Notes: generated from the letters alone by a model not told the origin. DNA of 64,000 nucleotides from Bryobacterales bacterium (GCA_965205595.1 CBDBHI010000021.1:17007-81006); one strand, 5' to 3'; shown: positions 30,218 to 40,142, counted from the first letter of the stretch. Translations and numbers: made by a program.

Positions 30218-30850
30218 TGTTTGCAGGCCGGGGTTTGGAGACTTATTTTCCACTGCGAATCAACAACTAACGGCTGGCTCCTTCCGGGTAGCGCACTCCA
30301 TGGCTGTGCGCTGTACGACACGGCAACAATCGCTTCACAACCCGATAACCTTGACCGTCAGCCAAACAAACCAGAAATAACAAGTGTGCAAAACATACCC
30401 GATTCTCTCCCGGGCAGCGTCGGCATCAGTGCCACGCCAGGAAGTCCGCGCTTTCCCGTCCGCGCCCAGACGTGTGAATTTATCGGAGGCTGTAAGGCCC
30501 GAAGAATTCGGATTGCGTATAGGACTGCTCGCGAAGCCGCAGAAACTGAACCCCGGAGGGGTGACGTTTGTATTAGCGCAGGGTGCAACCCTGTGATTAA
30601 AAGTCGAAGACGCGCCGCAATTTTCCCCCCGCCCCGCAGGCTGCTCTACCGTACCCAGGATTTCGCCTACCCTTCACGTTGGGATACAAAAAGTGTCACC
30701 ACCAAACGGGGGTTCAATACTGGCGCACCCACGAGATGCGAGCCCGAAAAGCCAAACTCCGGCCCGCGCCTCTGATGATCCAGGTTGACGTCATCGGCTC
30801 CTCACGGGAGGATTTGACAGGAGTCGATTCGTAGCCTCGAAGAGAGTCGC

Positions 30851-30856
30851 TAGAAT
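30851..30856 (+). promoter_or_regulatory. -10-like hexamer TAGAAT a few nt before the aroE start (possible leaderless or short-leader transcript)
   Basis: Read directly. No convincing -35 or SD was identified, so this is speculative. Confidence 0.2.
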
Positions 30857-30859
30857 ACT

Positions 30860-31723
30860 TTGATTGTGACTGCGAACTACCAACATGAATTGGTCGGGGT
30901 GTTTGGGCAGCCGGTCGCCGAGAACCCTACCGGCGTTATGCAAGAGGCGGGGTTTGCCGCCGCTGGACTCAACTGGCGCTACCTCAACTTCGAAGTTGCT
31001 CCCGAGAGCCTAGGCGATGCGATGAAGGCGCTGCACACGTTCGGCATGCGCGGCATTAACCTAACGATTCCTCACAAGGTCGCGGTGATCGAATATCTCG
31101 ATGAGCTTTCGCCCGAAGCGAAAACCATCGGCGCGGTCAACACGGTTCGCATTGAGAACGGCAAATTGATAGGGGAGAACACCGACGGCAAGGGGTTTGT
31201 ACGGGGTATGCGCCAGGATAGCGGCGTCGATCCCGCCGGCAAGCGGGTAGTTATGCTTGGCGCCGGCGGGGCCGCGCGCGCGGCGGCGACGGAGTTGATT
31301 CTCGCCGGAGTATCCGATTTGCTCGTCGTCAACCGGTCGCTGGGCCGTGGCGAAACCATGGTAGCCGACCTCAAAGCAAGCACTGCCGGCCCAATTCGAT
31401 TCGAGCCGTGGGAGGGGACCTTCGTTGCTCCAGATACAGCTGATCTATTCGTGAACTGCACCTCGATCGGGCTATTCCCCGACGTAAACGCAATGCCGAA
31501 CGTCGACCTGAGCCAGGCCAAGCCCGACATGCTCGTGGTGGACGCGGTGTTCAATCCGCCGCAGACGCAGTTGTTAGCCGCCGCGAAAGAGCGAGGACTG
31601 CCGACCCTCGATGGGCTTTCCATGCTCGTCTACCAGGGGGTGATCGCGTTCCAGATGTGGACTGGGCAAGACCCCGACGAAGCGGCGATGAAGCGGGCGC
31701 TACGCGAGGCGCTGGGCGTCTAA
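30860..31723 (+). CDS. aroE: Shikimate dehydrogenase
   Basis: GVFGQPVAENPTG, NLTIPHKVAV, IGAVNTV, GENTDGKGF and VMLGAGGAARA (NADP-binding loop). Non-ATG start (TTG 30860 or GTG 30866). Confidence 0.85.
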   Translation: MIVTANYQHELVGVFGQPVAENPTGVMQEAGFAAAGLNWRYLNFEVAPESLGDAMKALHTFGMRGINLTIPHKVAVIEYLDELSPEAKTIGAVNTVRIENGKLIGENTDGKGFVRGMRQDSGVDPAGKRVVMLGAGGAARAAATELILAGVSDLLVVNRSLGRGETMVADLKASTAGPIRFEPWEGTFVAPDTADLFVNCTSIGLFPDVNAMPNVDLSQAKPDMLVVDAVFNPPQTQLLAAAKERGLPTLDGLSMLVYQGVIAFQMWTGQDPDEAAMKRALREALGV

Positions 31724-32493
31724 CGGCGATTGCGCATCCAGGGCGGACCGTCCGGGCGGCGCTCGGAACCACGAGAACTGGTGGGTCCACGAGAACCCTG
31801 TTGACGGCCTCGGCGGCGATCCCGCTGGAATCCGCGGTCATCTCCGCGGCCACGAAAATTGCCTGGCGCCTGGAAGCCTCGACCTCTCCCAGGGCCGCCG
31901 AATCCGCGACCTCCTTGGAAGCCCGGCCCACCGCGAAAACCAAAGTTGCCGCGCCCCCGGAAGCCGCCGAACGACCCAGGGCCGGGCCGACCGAATCCGC
32001 GTCCGCCGCTGCGATCGGATCCCTCGATCAGGCCTAGACCCCGGGCTTGCATTTGGGCCATGCGCGACGCTGGGTCATTCCCGAGCTCAGCGAGCTTTGA
32101 CACCTGCTCGCTAGTCAGTACTCCGCGCACTTTCTCACTCAGTTCGCCGTGCTTTGAGGCGGCCCTTTTGGGGGCGGATCGCGAGTCGATCATCAGCTGA
32201 CCGACGGTCGCTGCATCGGGGCTATCCTTCTGCATCTCCTCGCGCAGCCTCGTGCCGCTTTCACGCGTCGCCTGGAAAATTTCGCGAATCTCGTTGCGAT
32301 TGGCCTGTCGAAGCTCATTGATTTTCGACAGTTGCTCGTCGCTGAGGCCGATTGCATCCTTCAGAGTTTGTTGCTGACTCGGGCGGCGATCCCGGTCGCT
32401 TTGGGGTCCTCGGGGGCCGCGCTCGCCACGCTGCGCAAGGCAGGTGCCCGCGGCCAAGATCATGCTCATTGAAACAATGGTAAATTTCGTCAT
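31720..32493 (-). CDS. Periplasmic Spy/CpxP-like (LTXXQ-motif) protein with an Arg/Gly-rich C-terminal tail
   Basis: I prefer the internal ATG at 32493 (MTKFTIVSMSMILAAGTCLAQ signal), preceded by AAAGGAGGG. LSDEQLSKINELR and LTSEQVSKLAEL are LTXXQ-type repeats. The tail is GGRGFGRPGPGSFGGFRGRGNFGFRGG... Confidence 0.7.
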   Translation of the reverse strand: MTKFTIVSMSMILAAGTCLAQRGERGPRGPQSDRDRRPSQQQTLKDAIGLSDEQLSKINELRQANRNEIREIFQATRESGTRLREEMQKDSPDAATVGQLMIDSRSAPKRAASKHGELSEKVRGVLTSEQVSKLAELGNDPASRMAQMQARGLGLIEGSDRSGGRGFGRPGPGSFGGFRGRGNFGFRGGPGFQGGRGFGGPGRGRGFQAPGNFRGRGDDRGFQRDRRRGRQQGSRGPTSSRGSERRPDGPPWMRNRR

Positions 32494-33052
32494 CAACAAT
32501 TCCCTCCTTTGGGCTCTGAATCGGGCTCTCTTAGCAGTCCGTGGAAAAAGTCCCGTAGGTCGCGCGGCGGGCAATTGTGGCTGATCGGCGCGGAGTGAGG
32601 AGGACGGCGATCCGGGCGATCGTCTCCGACGAATGACAAAGCCGACGGCCGCAAGTGCCCGCCGCCCAAAGGGTTACGCGCCATTCAAAGATTCCTGGTG
32701 CGCTCTGTCTGTTGATTCGTTGAGGCACTCGTCTATTACTCAATTCGCCCCGTAGGCGCGTAACGCGGCCTGCGTGACTTTTACCACGGGCTGTTAAGGC
32801 CTTCACTATGTTTGACGTCAATCCTCATGATAGGTCATGAAGAATCCCGTAAAGTACTGGTAAAGATAGATTTACATCGACTTAACAAGCTGTGTGGAAC
32901 GCTTCGAAACGCTTGTCAACGCGGTGTTAAGCCAAGTTTACGAGTATTTAACCGGGGCGCTATAACCTCAGCCACCGCGGCGCGTCTTTACTACTTCGGC
33001 CGCACTAAACGAGGCCGGAACCAATCGAATCACAAAGGAGCAGATGATAGCA

Positions 33053-33697
33053 ATGAAACTATTTCGCACAGGATTGATGGTCTTGGCATTGAGCATAACG
33101 ATGGCCGCCCAGGGACCGGGCGGCGGGAATCGGCCTGGTGGCAACAGACCAGGCGGAAATGGCCCGAACGGAGATGCACCGCCGCGGCCCCATCCGGAAT
33201 TTAGCGAGCTGGCGTAAATGCTTCGCCTGACGCGGGAGCAGGTCGACGAGTTGAACGATATCCGTCGACGGTTTGCCGAGGAGATTCAAGGCAACTTGCA
33301 AGCGATCGGCGAAAAAATGCGAGCAGCCCAGATGGAACTGCAATCGGAGGCGCCAAGCGCGACGTCGATTGGCCAGCTACAGCTCGATGCGCTTGAAATG
33401 CGGAAGTCGGTTCGAGCTATGGAAGATGATTTCGTTGCCGAAGCGCAAGGCGTTTTGACAGCTCAACAGAACGCGGCCCTCAGCAGCCTGACGCGAATTG
33501 CGCCGTTCATGCGCCACGTCCGTCAGGGTCAAACCCTCGGTTTGATCGCGGGCGAGGATGGTGACTTCTCCCTCGGCGGAGCAGCGGGACCTGGCCGTGG
33601 TGACCGTGGGTTCGGCGGCGGAGGACGACCAGGTGGGCCTGGTGGCGGACGCCGACAGGGCAGCAACGGTGGCCCCAACCCACCGGCGCAGCCCTAA
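33053..33697 (+). pseudogene. Second Spy/CpxP-like LTXXQ protein with a Gly/Arg tail, interrupted by an in-frame TAA (33215-33217)
   Basis: 33053-33214 encodes MKLFRTGLMVLALSITMAAQGPGGGNRPGGNRPGGNGPNGDAPPRPHPEFSELA (signal peptide plus linker). Then TAA, then immediately ATG of listed ORF 33218..33697 (MLRLTREQVDELNDIRR..., LTAQQNAAL, GRGDRGFGGGGRPGGPGGG) in the same frame. Confidence 0.6.
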
Positions 33698-33717
33698 CCC
33701 GCATTGCTTACTGGACG

Positions 33718-34898
33718 CTAGTTAGTAGCCAAAGCCAGCGCAGACAGACAGACGTCCGCGTCTGACGGAGGAACTAAGCCCTCATCAGCTCCAACCCGGC
33801 TGGTGAGGGCTTTTCTTATGTTTCGGCCTACGTACTCGGCGGTCTCGGTCGGTAGACTGGCGAAGGCCTCGGATTGAATGAGGAAGCTGCACGGATAGCG
33901 GAATAGCCGAGTTTTTAGGTCGAGGCTGCGCAGATTGTGTCCGCTGCTGTTGCGCTCGCCTTGGCGCTCGAAATCAGCGGCAAACCCCGAGGAGCTTTCG
34001 AAGCGTGCCGGCAGTGGCGCTTCATCGAGCATGAGCAGCTGCTCTACTAGCTTTCGTGCGGGGCCTTCAATTCGTCTCTTCACCGACGCCCGCAGTTCCG
34101 CCGATGGTTCGCCAAAGATGCGGGACATCTCGCGCTCGTAGGCCAAAGCGACTTTGGCCTCATGGGCCGCCTTGGCGATCGCATTGTGCACCTGCGTCTG
34201 ATGGGCTAGCACGAGGTGTGCGATCGCGTCGCTATGCGGCGTGAGATAGTCAGCCGGATCGAAGAACTCACTGGGTTCTTTCGATAGGGCGCCAACTTCA
34301 AGGCTTCTACTTGGTCCTCGCTGCCTACTGCGTTGCCACGGTGTGGCACTGGCAATTCGCCGGTTACGAACCAGCCGCCCCATCGCTCGGAAATTGGTGT
34401 TGATGGGTCGACGTTGATTGTTCCTTGCCCGAAGTGGGGCAGGCCGTCGTCGGCGGGAAAGACTGAGCGGGTCAGATGACCGGGGATTCCTAATGTTCGA
34501 GCGCTTTCGTGGCACTGCAGGCAGGTGCCGTTGTCGGCAATAAATTGCGGGCGATCTTGCTCGATTTGATGCAGCGTGTAGAAAACCCCGCCGGCAACCG
34601 GGTCGATCGCGGAGATTTCCAGCACCGGCGCGTATTGGACCCAGCTGACGTAGACACTGTCGTTAAAGTAGATCGCGCGTGGCCGGCGCGGCGAGATCAA
34701 TTGGAACTGGGCGCTTGTTTTCGAAAACACCAGAAGCTGAGACGAGTGCGGAATTCCAAACGCATCGAGCAGTGCCGGCAGGTATCCCCAGCGAACATCG
34801 AAGCTCAGTTCGAGCTCGCCGCGGTCGATGCGCCGTTGAAGTTCTCGTACGGGATCGGCGAGCGCGCCGGATACGAGGCCGGCCAGCAGAATTCCCAA
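33718..34898 (-). pseudogene. CXXCH haem-motif protein, frameshifted (ORFs 34206..34898 and 33718..34515 are two halves)
   Basis: The upstream half carries DNGTCLQCHESARTLG and WGGWFVTG. Coding-like sequence switches frame between ...VEALKLAP and LSKEPSEFFDPADYLTPHSDAIAHL at about 34283-34300. The Arg-rich N-terminus of the lower ORF is out-of-frame junk. Confidence 0.6.
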
Positions 34899-34975
34899 AA
34901 TTGTGCGAGTGAGCGTCAGTTCTCCCTAAGGGTAATCCCGGCGGCCGGATCAGTTCTGCGATACTGGCCCTTCAA

Positions 34976-36424
34976 ATGGCTATCACTCGCAGACAATTTG
35001 TTCAATCCGCCACGCTGGCTGGAACGTCTTTGGCGTCGATGCCGTCTCGGGCCGCCGATGCGCCACCGAACGTCTTGTTCGTCACGGTGGACCAAATGCG
35101 CGGAGATTGCATTTCTTCGCTGGGACACCCCAACGCGCGGACGCCAAACCTCGATCGCATGGCTCGCGAAGGCGTGATGTTCACCAACGGGTTTGCGAGC
35201 GGACCCGTGTGTGTGCCCACTAGGAAGTCGTGTTTTTCGGGGCAGCACCCCCACGAGCACGGCTCGTTAACGAACGATGACGGCGACAAGCTTGAGTTTG
35301 ACGGCACATTGCTCGACTACTTTGCCAAGCGCGGCTATCGCTGCGGATGGGTCGGCAAGAACCACACGTATACGAACGGTGCGCTGGCGAAACTAAACAA
35401 GGCCGACATTCGAAGCCGCGAGGCCTTTCGGGCCTACAACGGATCGGTGCCTCCGCACTGGCATACCGATGTTTATTGGCCCGAGGAAGATTGTTTTCCG
35501 CACGTAAATACCGAGTCGGCGATCGACTTTATCAACGAAGGCCCCGGCACGGACCCGTTTTTTCTACACGTGAGCTATTTTGATCCGCACCCTCCGTATA
35601 TGGCTCCAGCGCGCTTTACGTCGCGTTATTCCTCGGCCGATATGGTGTTGCCAGATCGGGTGGCGCCCGCTCAGATGAGCGCGCGGCTCGACCGCTTTTC
35701 GAGCGCGATGGGATTCGATCAGTTGGGGCGCGAGGAGCTTACCGAAACCATGCGCTACTACTACGCGCAGATCGAGTGGGGAGTCGACGAGCCGCTGGGA
35801 CGCTTGTTGAGGACGCTTGAGTCAAAGGGCATCGCTGAGAACACCGTAGTCGTGTTGACCGCCGACCACGGCGACTTTATGGGTGACTACGGCATGGTGC
35901 GTAAAGGAATGTTCCTCTACGATTCTCTGCTTCATGTGCCTATGATTTGGTGGGCTCCGGGGCGCATCGCGAAGGGTTTGCGCTCGGAGGCTCTAACGCA
36001 GTCGGTCGATCTGTTTCCAACGTTGGCCGAGTTGACAGGCGGGGATGCTCCCGACGGGGTTTCAGGGCGCAGCATGGCGCGTCATTTGCGGGCCGAAATC
36101 GAGGACGAGTCGGACCACGCAATCTTTACGTCAGCAGGTTACGGCGATTTGGCCGACGGTGTACTGCCCGCGGATATGGCCCCTAGCGACATTGACGCGA
36201 AGCCGCGGCATACGCGCGTACTCAGCCCAACGATGAGGCCAATGCACCGCACCAAGATGATTCGCAGCCGGGATTGGAAGTTTATTTTGAATGAGACCGA
36301 GGCGCCGGAGTTGTACCGGATCGCGGATAGGCCATCGGAGCGCGCGAATGTGGCTGAGGAAGGGCAACACGCGAGCTTGAGGCGAGGGCTCGAGGCTCGC
36401 CTCGAGAAATGGTGGCAGTGGTAA
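34976..36424 (+). CDS. Sulfatase (arylsulfatase A family) with a Tat signal
   Basis: MAITRRQFVQSATLAG (Tat), NVLFVTVDQMRGD, FGly site GPVCVPTRKSCFSG, and LTADHGD. Confidence 0.9.
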   Translation: MAITRRQFVQSATLAGTSLASMPSRAADAPPNVLFVTVDQMRGDCISSLGHPNARTPNLDRMAREGVMFTNGFASGPVCVPTRKSCFSGQHPHEHGSLTNDDGDKLEFDGTLLDYFAKRGYRCGWVGKNHTYTNGALAKLNKADIRSREAFRAYNGSVPPHWHTDVYWPEEDCFPHVNTESAIDFINEGPGTDPFFLHVSYFDPHPPYMAPARFTSRYSSADMVLPDRVAPAQMSARLDRFSSAMGFDQLGREELTETMRYYYAQIEWGVDEPLGRLLRTLESKGIAENTVVVLTADHGDFMGDYGMVRKGMFLYDSLLHVPMIWWAPGRIAKGLRSEALTQSVDLFPTLAELTGGDAPDGVSGRSMARHLRAEIEDESDHAIFTSAGYGDLADGVLPADMAPSDIDAKPRHTRVLSPTMRPMHRTKMIRSRDWKFILNETEAPELYRIADRPSERANVAEEGQHASLRRGLEARLEKWWQW

Positions 36425-36513
36425 GTGGGCTAATTTGATAGCTTTTTGACAGTCGACTTTCCGTCGACGGCTCGCAAAGACCCAGTTGACGTCCCGTAGT
36501 CCCGCTACCGTTT

Positions 36514-37596
36514 TTAGCGGATGATCTTGGTATCGGGATTGAATGTTAGCCACGCAAATGCGTAGAACACTCCGTGGGTGATGGGCTTCAGTTGGCGGCC
36601 TTCGTGCGGCCCCGACAGAGCTTCACCGAAGATGCTCCAAGTGCTCCCGGTCTGATCGTCGACGAACTGTCCGTGTTTGACACGAAACGCAAGGTCCTCG
36701 CCATCGAGGCTTGGCGAAAATACCCCGACACTACCGACGGCCTGCGAGTCAGCGATGCTGCGAGCACCCAGCGCGGTCACCATCGTGGGCTCAAACAGCA
36801 CCACGTGCTGATTCTTTTCATCCTGGCGGACGCGTAGGTTCTTCCACCCGGTCAAGAGGTAACCGACACTCAAGCCGTCTTGATCAAATGTCAGAATCCG
36901 CTCCAACGGACGAATCGACCCAGACTTCTTGTATTTCACCGGGAATATCGTGCGGCCTGTCTGTTCATAACCCGCGTATGGATTGCGCCCGTATTCGCGC
37001 TGGTGCCCGGTCTCGCGACTGAGCACTTTGGCGTTGGGGTAGTTGCGTTCAACTTCTCCAAATGGAACGACCTGGCTCGAAACGACTTGAAGGCTCCGGC
37101 CGGTGTAGGTGCCGACGATTGCCTCGCCGTTAAGCTGTTGCCACAGAGAATCGGTTTGGCGGTCGAACATGACCATGTCGCTGTGACGCAACATCCCGCT
37201 TACGCCGAACTCCAAAGTCTGATCGCCGACGCGTCGGTCAAAGACCACAGCGGCGTTACAGAGCGGGCAGAAGCTGACCAGTATCGGGCGGTCACCAATC
37301 TTGTCGTTGACCAACTCATGCCAAATCAGTATTTGTAGGGGATAGACCCGCACTTCTCCCTGATAGATGACGAGTTGTACAGGTTCATCCGAGTCCAGCC
37401 AGCCCTTGGCATGGAACAGCGGAATGAATTTCGGCGAGCGCAGGGACGGGATGCCATCTTTGGGTGGGCCGCCCGACAGCAGCTCGCTCAGATCGATCGA
37501 ACGTTTTGTTAGATCGGTTTGAAAGTTCCCCGTGCCGGGCAGTTTTTGCGCTTGCAGCGGCAGCAGCAATGCCGCCAGCAGGAGGAGAAGATGCAT
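36514..37596 (-). CDS. DUF3179 domain protein (secreted)
   Basis: Signal peptide, GGPPKDGIPSLRSPKF and VSFCPLCNAAVVFDR are DUF3179 hallmarks. Confidence 0.8.
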   Translation of the reverse strand: MHLLLLLAALLLPLQAQKLPGTGNFQTDLTKRSIDLSELLSGGPPKDGIPSLRSPKFIPLFHAKGWLDSDEPVQLVIYQGEVRVYPLQILIWHELVNDKIGDRPILVSFCPLCNAAVVFDRRVGDQTLEFGVSGMLRHSDMVMFDRQTDSLWQQLNGEAIVGTYTGRSLQVVSSQVVPFGEVERNYPNAKVLSRETGHQREYGRNPYAGYEQTGRTIFPVKYKKSGSIRPLERILTFDQDGLSVGYLLTGWKNLRVRQDEKNQHVVLFEPTMVTALGARSIADSQAVGSVGVFSPSLDGEDLAFRVKHGQFVDDQTGSTWSIFGEALSGPHEGRQLKPITHGVFYAFAWLTFNPDTKIIR

Positions 37597-37641
37597 CCGC
37601 AGAACGATTCGTTCTAAGCAGCGATCCGGTCACGTTTTGAT

Positions 37642-37822
37642 AGCCCGCATTTCTCACCACGTGGCGATCGAAAGTGCGTGAGAGGTGCGTCAATACGAGG
37701 CGAGCGAAGGTCGGCGCGCGGAGGCGTACTTTACGGTCCGTCGAGCACTCGCGATCGAGCGCAACGAAGTAGTGGCGCACCTATCGCGTGCTTTCGCCGG
37801 CAGGTGGTGAGAAATGCGGGCT
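37642..37822. mobile_element. MITE-like non-autonomous element, copy 2 (~181 bp), flanked by TA/TA
   Basis: Same TIRs as copy 1 (AGCCCGCATTTCTCACCAC ... GTGGTGAGAAATGCGGGCT). The arms stay imperfectly complementary for about 48 bp. The right-hand TA is part of the TAG stop of 37821..38330. Confidence 0.7.
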
Positions 37823-38330
37823 ACGGGCGAACGTTTGCGCCGGCGAGAGGGCGAATTCCGTTACCGCCGCAAATCGCGACGCCGCCGTCGCGCAGCGAAC
37901 CAAGCAAGTTGTAGAGCAGTGTGTAAATAACTTGCTCGCTGAGGTTCTGTCTGCCGGGCAGCCGGAATCCCGCTGGTAGCTCGGTAGCTAGTGATACGCG
38001 GACACGTCCGCGAGCGAGTTCGCCGCCGTCATAGCAATTGGAGAGTAGTAGCGGCGTTTGCAAAACGACACCGGAATCTCCGTCGACGTAGAACTGGCAG
38101 CACGAGAACCATCCTAGATTGGCTGAGTCGCGGGCATCAAACAGTAGCAAAGGCTCATTAGAGTCTTGCGCGCTGACTTCGAGAACGATTCGACGCTCCT
38201 GATGGCTGATTTCACCCGTGAAGCCGGCCTGCTGGATGAGCTGCTGGATTGTCTCTTCGTCGGGGTCGAGCGCGACAAGTTGCTGTTCGCCTGCTTGAAG
38301 GAACCGCATTGCTACTAAGAATATTATCAT
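37821..38330 (-). CDS. Hypothetical protein (169 aa)
   Basis: Its start overlaps the cobA-hemD stop (ATGA). No family recognised. Confidence 0.45.
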   Translation of the reverse strand: MIIFLVAMRFLQAGEQQLVALDPDEETIQQLIQQAGFTGEISHQERRIVLEVSAQDSNEPLLLFDARDSANLGWFSCCQFYVDGDSGVVLQTPLLLSNCYDGGELARGRVRVSLATELPAGFRLPGRQNLSEQVIYTLLYNLLGSLRDGGVAICGGNGIRPLAGANVRP

Positions 38331-39832
38331 TCGCCCGCGAGGTGCGAAAGGAGCGCTTCAACAAGGCCGTCAGTGGTGTAGTTCGACGGTTCGAGGGTGA
38401 CTTCGAGGCCGAGGTCTTGCGCAGTCCGCGACGTAATCGGTCCGGTCGATGCAAAGTGGCTCTTGCGGAGCTGATCAGTTGCAACCAGCTTGGCTAAATT
38501 CGTAACCGTCGACGAGCTTGTCACGGTTACCCAATTGGGTGCTTTGTTTCCTTCCCAAAGCCGCCTGGCAACACTGCGAGACCCCTCTGGGATGACCGAG
38601 CGGTAGACGGGAACGACATCGACAAGCGCTCCGGCCCGGCGCAAGGCTTCGGGTAGAAACTCGCGAGCGGCGGCGGCTCTGGGCAGCAGAATTTTGCGGC
38701 CTGCAATGTCGTATTCGCGGAATGCCTCGGCCACGGATTCTGCTACGAACTCGCCCGGCACAACGTCGACCTTGAGATGCAGCATGGCGAGGGCCTCAGC
38801 CGTCGCCGGGCCGATCGCGCAAAGTTTGGCACGAATCGAACGGAGGTCGCACGAACTTGCGTCGAGATACTCAATGAAAAATCGCACCCCGTTTGCACTG
38901 GTGAAGACGATCCAGTCATAGGAATCGAGCTTATCGATCGCCTGATCAATGGGGTCGAGACTCTCGGGAGGTTCGAATGCAATCGTTGGCAGTTCAATCA
39001 CGTGCGCTCCAAGCGCTCGCAGTTTATTCGAAAATTCTCCGGCTTGTTCGGCAGCCCGGGTGACGACGATCGACTGGCCGAACAGCGGTAGATTTTCAAA
39101 CCAGTTGATGTTTTGCCGCAGAGCGACGACCTCGCCGATGACCACCAGGGCTGGGGGTTTGAGTTGCTGCTCGGCGACTTTTTCGGCGAGATTCGCGAGC
39201 GTGCCGTCAACTGTTCGTTGATCGCCGCGCGTGCCCCAGCGAATCGCTGCCGCGGGAGTCTCAGCCGAGCGCCCTGCTGCCATCAGCCGGCGAGAAATAT
39301 CGGCCATCGACGTTAACCCCATGAAGATCACAAGCGTCTGGTTCGAGGCCAGCACGCTCCAGTCGAGTGCATCGGCGTCGTGACCGGTAACAAACGTCAC
39401 GGCGTGGGTGTGATCGCGATGAGTGAGGGGAATGCCCGCGTATGCCGCGGCCCCGACGGCGGACGTGACGCCTGGCACGACTTCGAACGGCACGCCCGCT
39501 GCCGCCACTGCCTGCGCCTCCTCGCCGCCCCGGCCGAAAATATAGGGGTCGCCGCCCTTTAAGCGCACGACACGGCGACCATTGTTCGCTTCCGCGACAA
39601 GTCGATTGCTGAGCTCTTGTTGGGAGATCGTGTGCTCGGCGCGCTTCTTTCCGACGTAGACTTTCTCGGCCGTTCTAGAGGCGAAACCCAGCACCGCGGG
39701 CGCCGCTAGATTGTCGTAGAAAATTACGTCGGCCTGCTCTAGCAACGTACGTCCGCGAATGGTGAGCAACCCGGGATCACCGGGTCCCGCACCGACCAGA
39801 GAGACTCTGCCGAGCTTGGGTTTGGACGGCAA
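38327..39832 (-). CDS. cobA-hemD: Uroporphyrinogen-III C-methyltransferase fused to uroporphyrinogen-III synthase
   Basis: The N-terminal half has VSLVGAGPGDPGLLTIRG...ADVIFYD and RLKGGDPYIFGRGGEE (SUMT). The C-terminal half is HemD-like (IVVTRAAEQAGEFSNKLRALGAHVIELPTI). Confidence 0.85.
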   Translation of the reverse strand: MPSKPKLGRVSLVGAGPGDPGLLTIRGRTLLEQADVIFYDNLAAPAVLGFASRTAEKVYVGKKRAEHTISQQELSNRLVAEANNGRRVVRLKGGDPYIFGRGGEEAQAVAAAGVPFEVVPGVTSAVGAAAYAGIPLTHRDHTHAVTFVTGHDADALDWSVLASNQTLVIFMGLTSMADISRRLMAAGRSAETPAAAIRWGTRGDQRTVDGTLANLAEKVAEQQLKPPALVVIGEVVALRQNINWFENLPLFGQSIVVTRAAEQAGEFSNKLRALGAHVIELPTIAFEPPESLDPIDQAIDKLDSYDWIVFTSANGVRFFIEYLDASSCDLRSIRAKLCAIGPATAEALAMLHLKVDVVPGEFVAESVAEAFREYDIAGRKILLPRAAAAREFLPEALRRAGALVDVVPVYRSVIPEGSRSVARRLWEGNKAPNWVTVTSSSTVTNLAKLVATDQLRKSHFASTGPITSRTAQDLGLEVTLEPSNYTTDGLVEALLSHLAGE

Positions 39833-39860
39833 ACGATTAGGTTAGCGCGAGCTTCTCGCA

Positions 39861-40142
39861 TTACTCGTCCGCCGGGCCTAGGCGCACGTTCAACGTCGCG
39901 CGATAGCTGGATGTGATTTCGCGCAGGCGCGCTTGTTCCGCGCTATAAACGACGGCAGTGCCGCGAGTGATCATGAGCCGCGTGTCGTGGGCTGTAACAA
40001 AGTTCGATTCAATCGAGCGGTATCCCGGCAACTGGGCGATCGTGTTGCCATCAGGCGTCAGGTACACGTCGTAGATTCCGGCGAGTGGAAAGATGCCGTG
40101 ATAGACCGCGCCATAAAAAACCGACTGATCGATGTCAGTCAA
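39861..40142 (-). CDS. Hypothetical protein (93 aa)
   Basis: ORF overlapping the end of the upstream membrane-protein gene by 8 nt. No motif recognised. Confidence 0.4.
   Translation of the reverse strand: MTDIDQSVFYGAVYHGIFPLAGIYDVYLTPDGNTIAQLPGYRSIESNFVTAHDTRLMITRGTAVVYSAEQARLREITSSYRATLNVRLGPADE

Noticed and set aside
30420-30720. RNase P, SRP, tmRNA or tRNA candidates suggested by AGGAAGTCCGCGC and GGGGGTTCAATAC strings.
   Set aside because: The surrounding sequence lacks the other conserved blocks. There is no GGTAAGGGTGAAAGGGTGCGG-type region and no GGAAGCAGCC SRP loop. The T-arm-like string has no complementary stem or acceptor pairing.
30221-30775. 184-aa ORF filling the aroE upstream gap.
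   Set aside because: It has no start context, a biased composition and no motifs. I treated the region as non-coding or unknown instead.
31859-32200. Pro-rich ORF 31859..32200(+) (PGPPNPRPPWKPGPPRKPK...).
   Set aside because: It is the antisense reading of the Gly/Arg-rich tail of the LTXXQ gene. This is a low-complexity mirror artefact.
37385-37780. ORF 37385..37780(-), which shares the N-terminus MRHYFVALDR with ORF 20518..21180 and looked like a paralogous protein family.
   Set aside because: The shared part is encoded by the MITE-like DNA repeat. ORF 37385..37780 also overlaps the DUF3179 gene out of frame. The similarity is at the nucleotide-repeat level, not the protein level.
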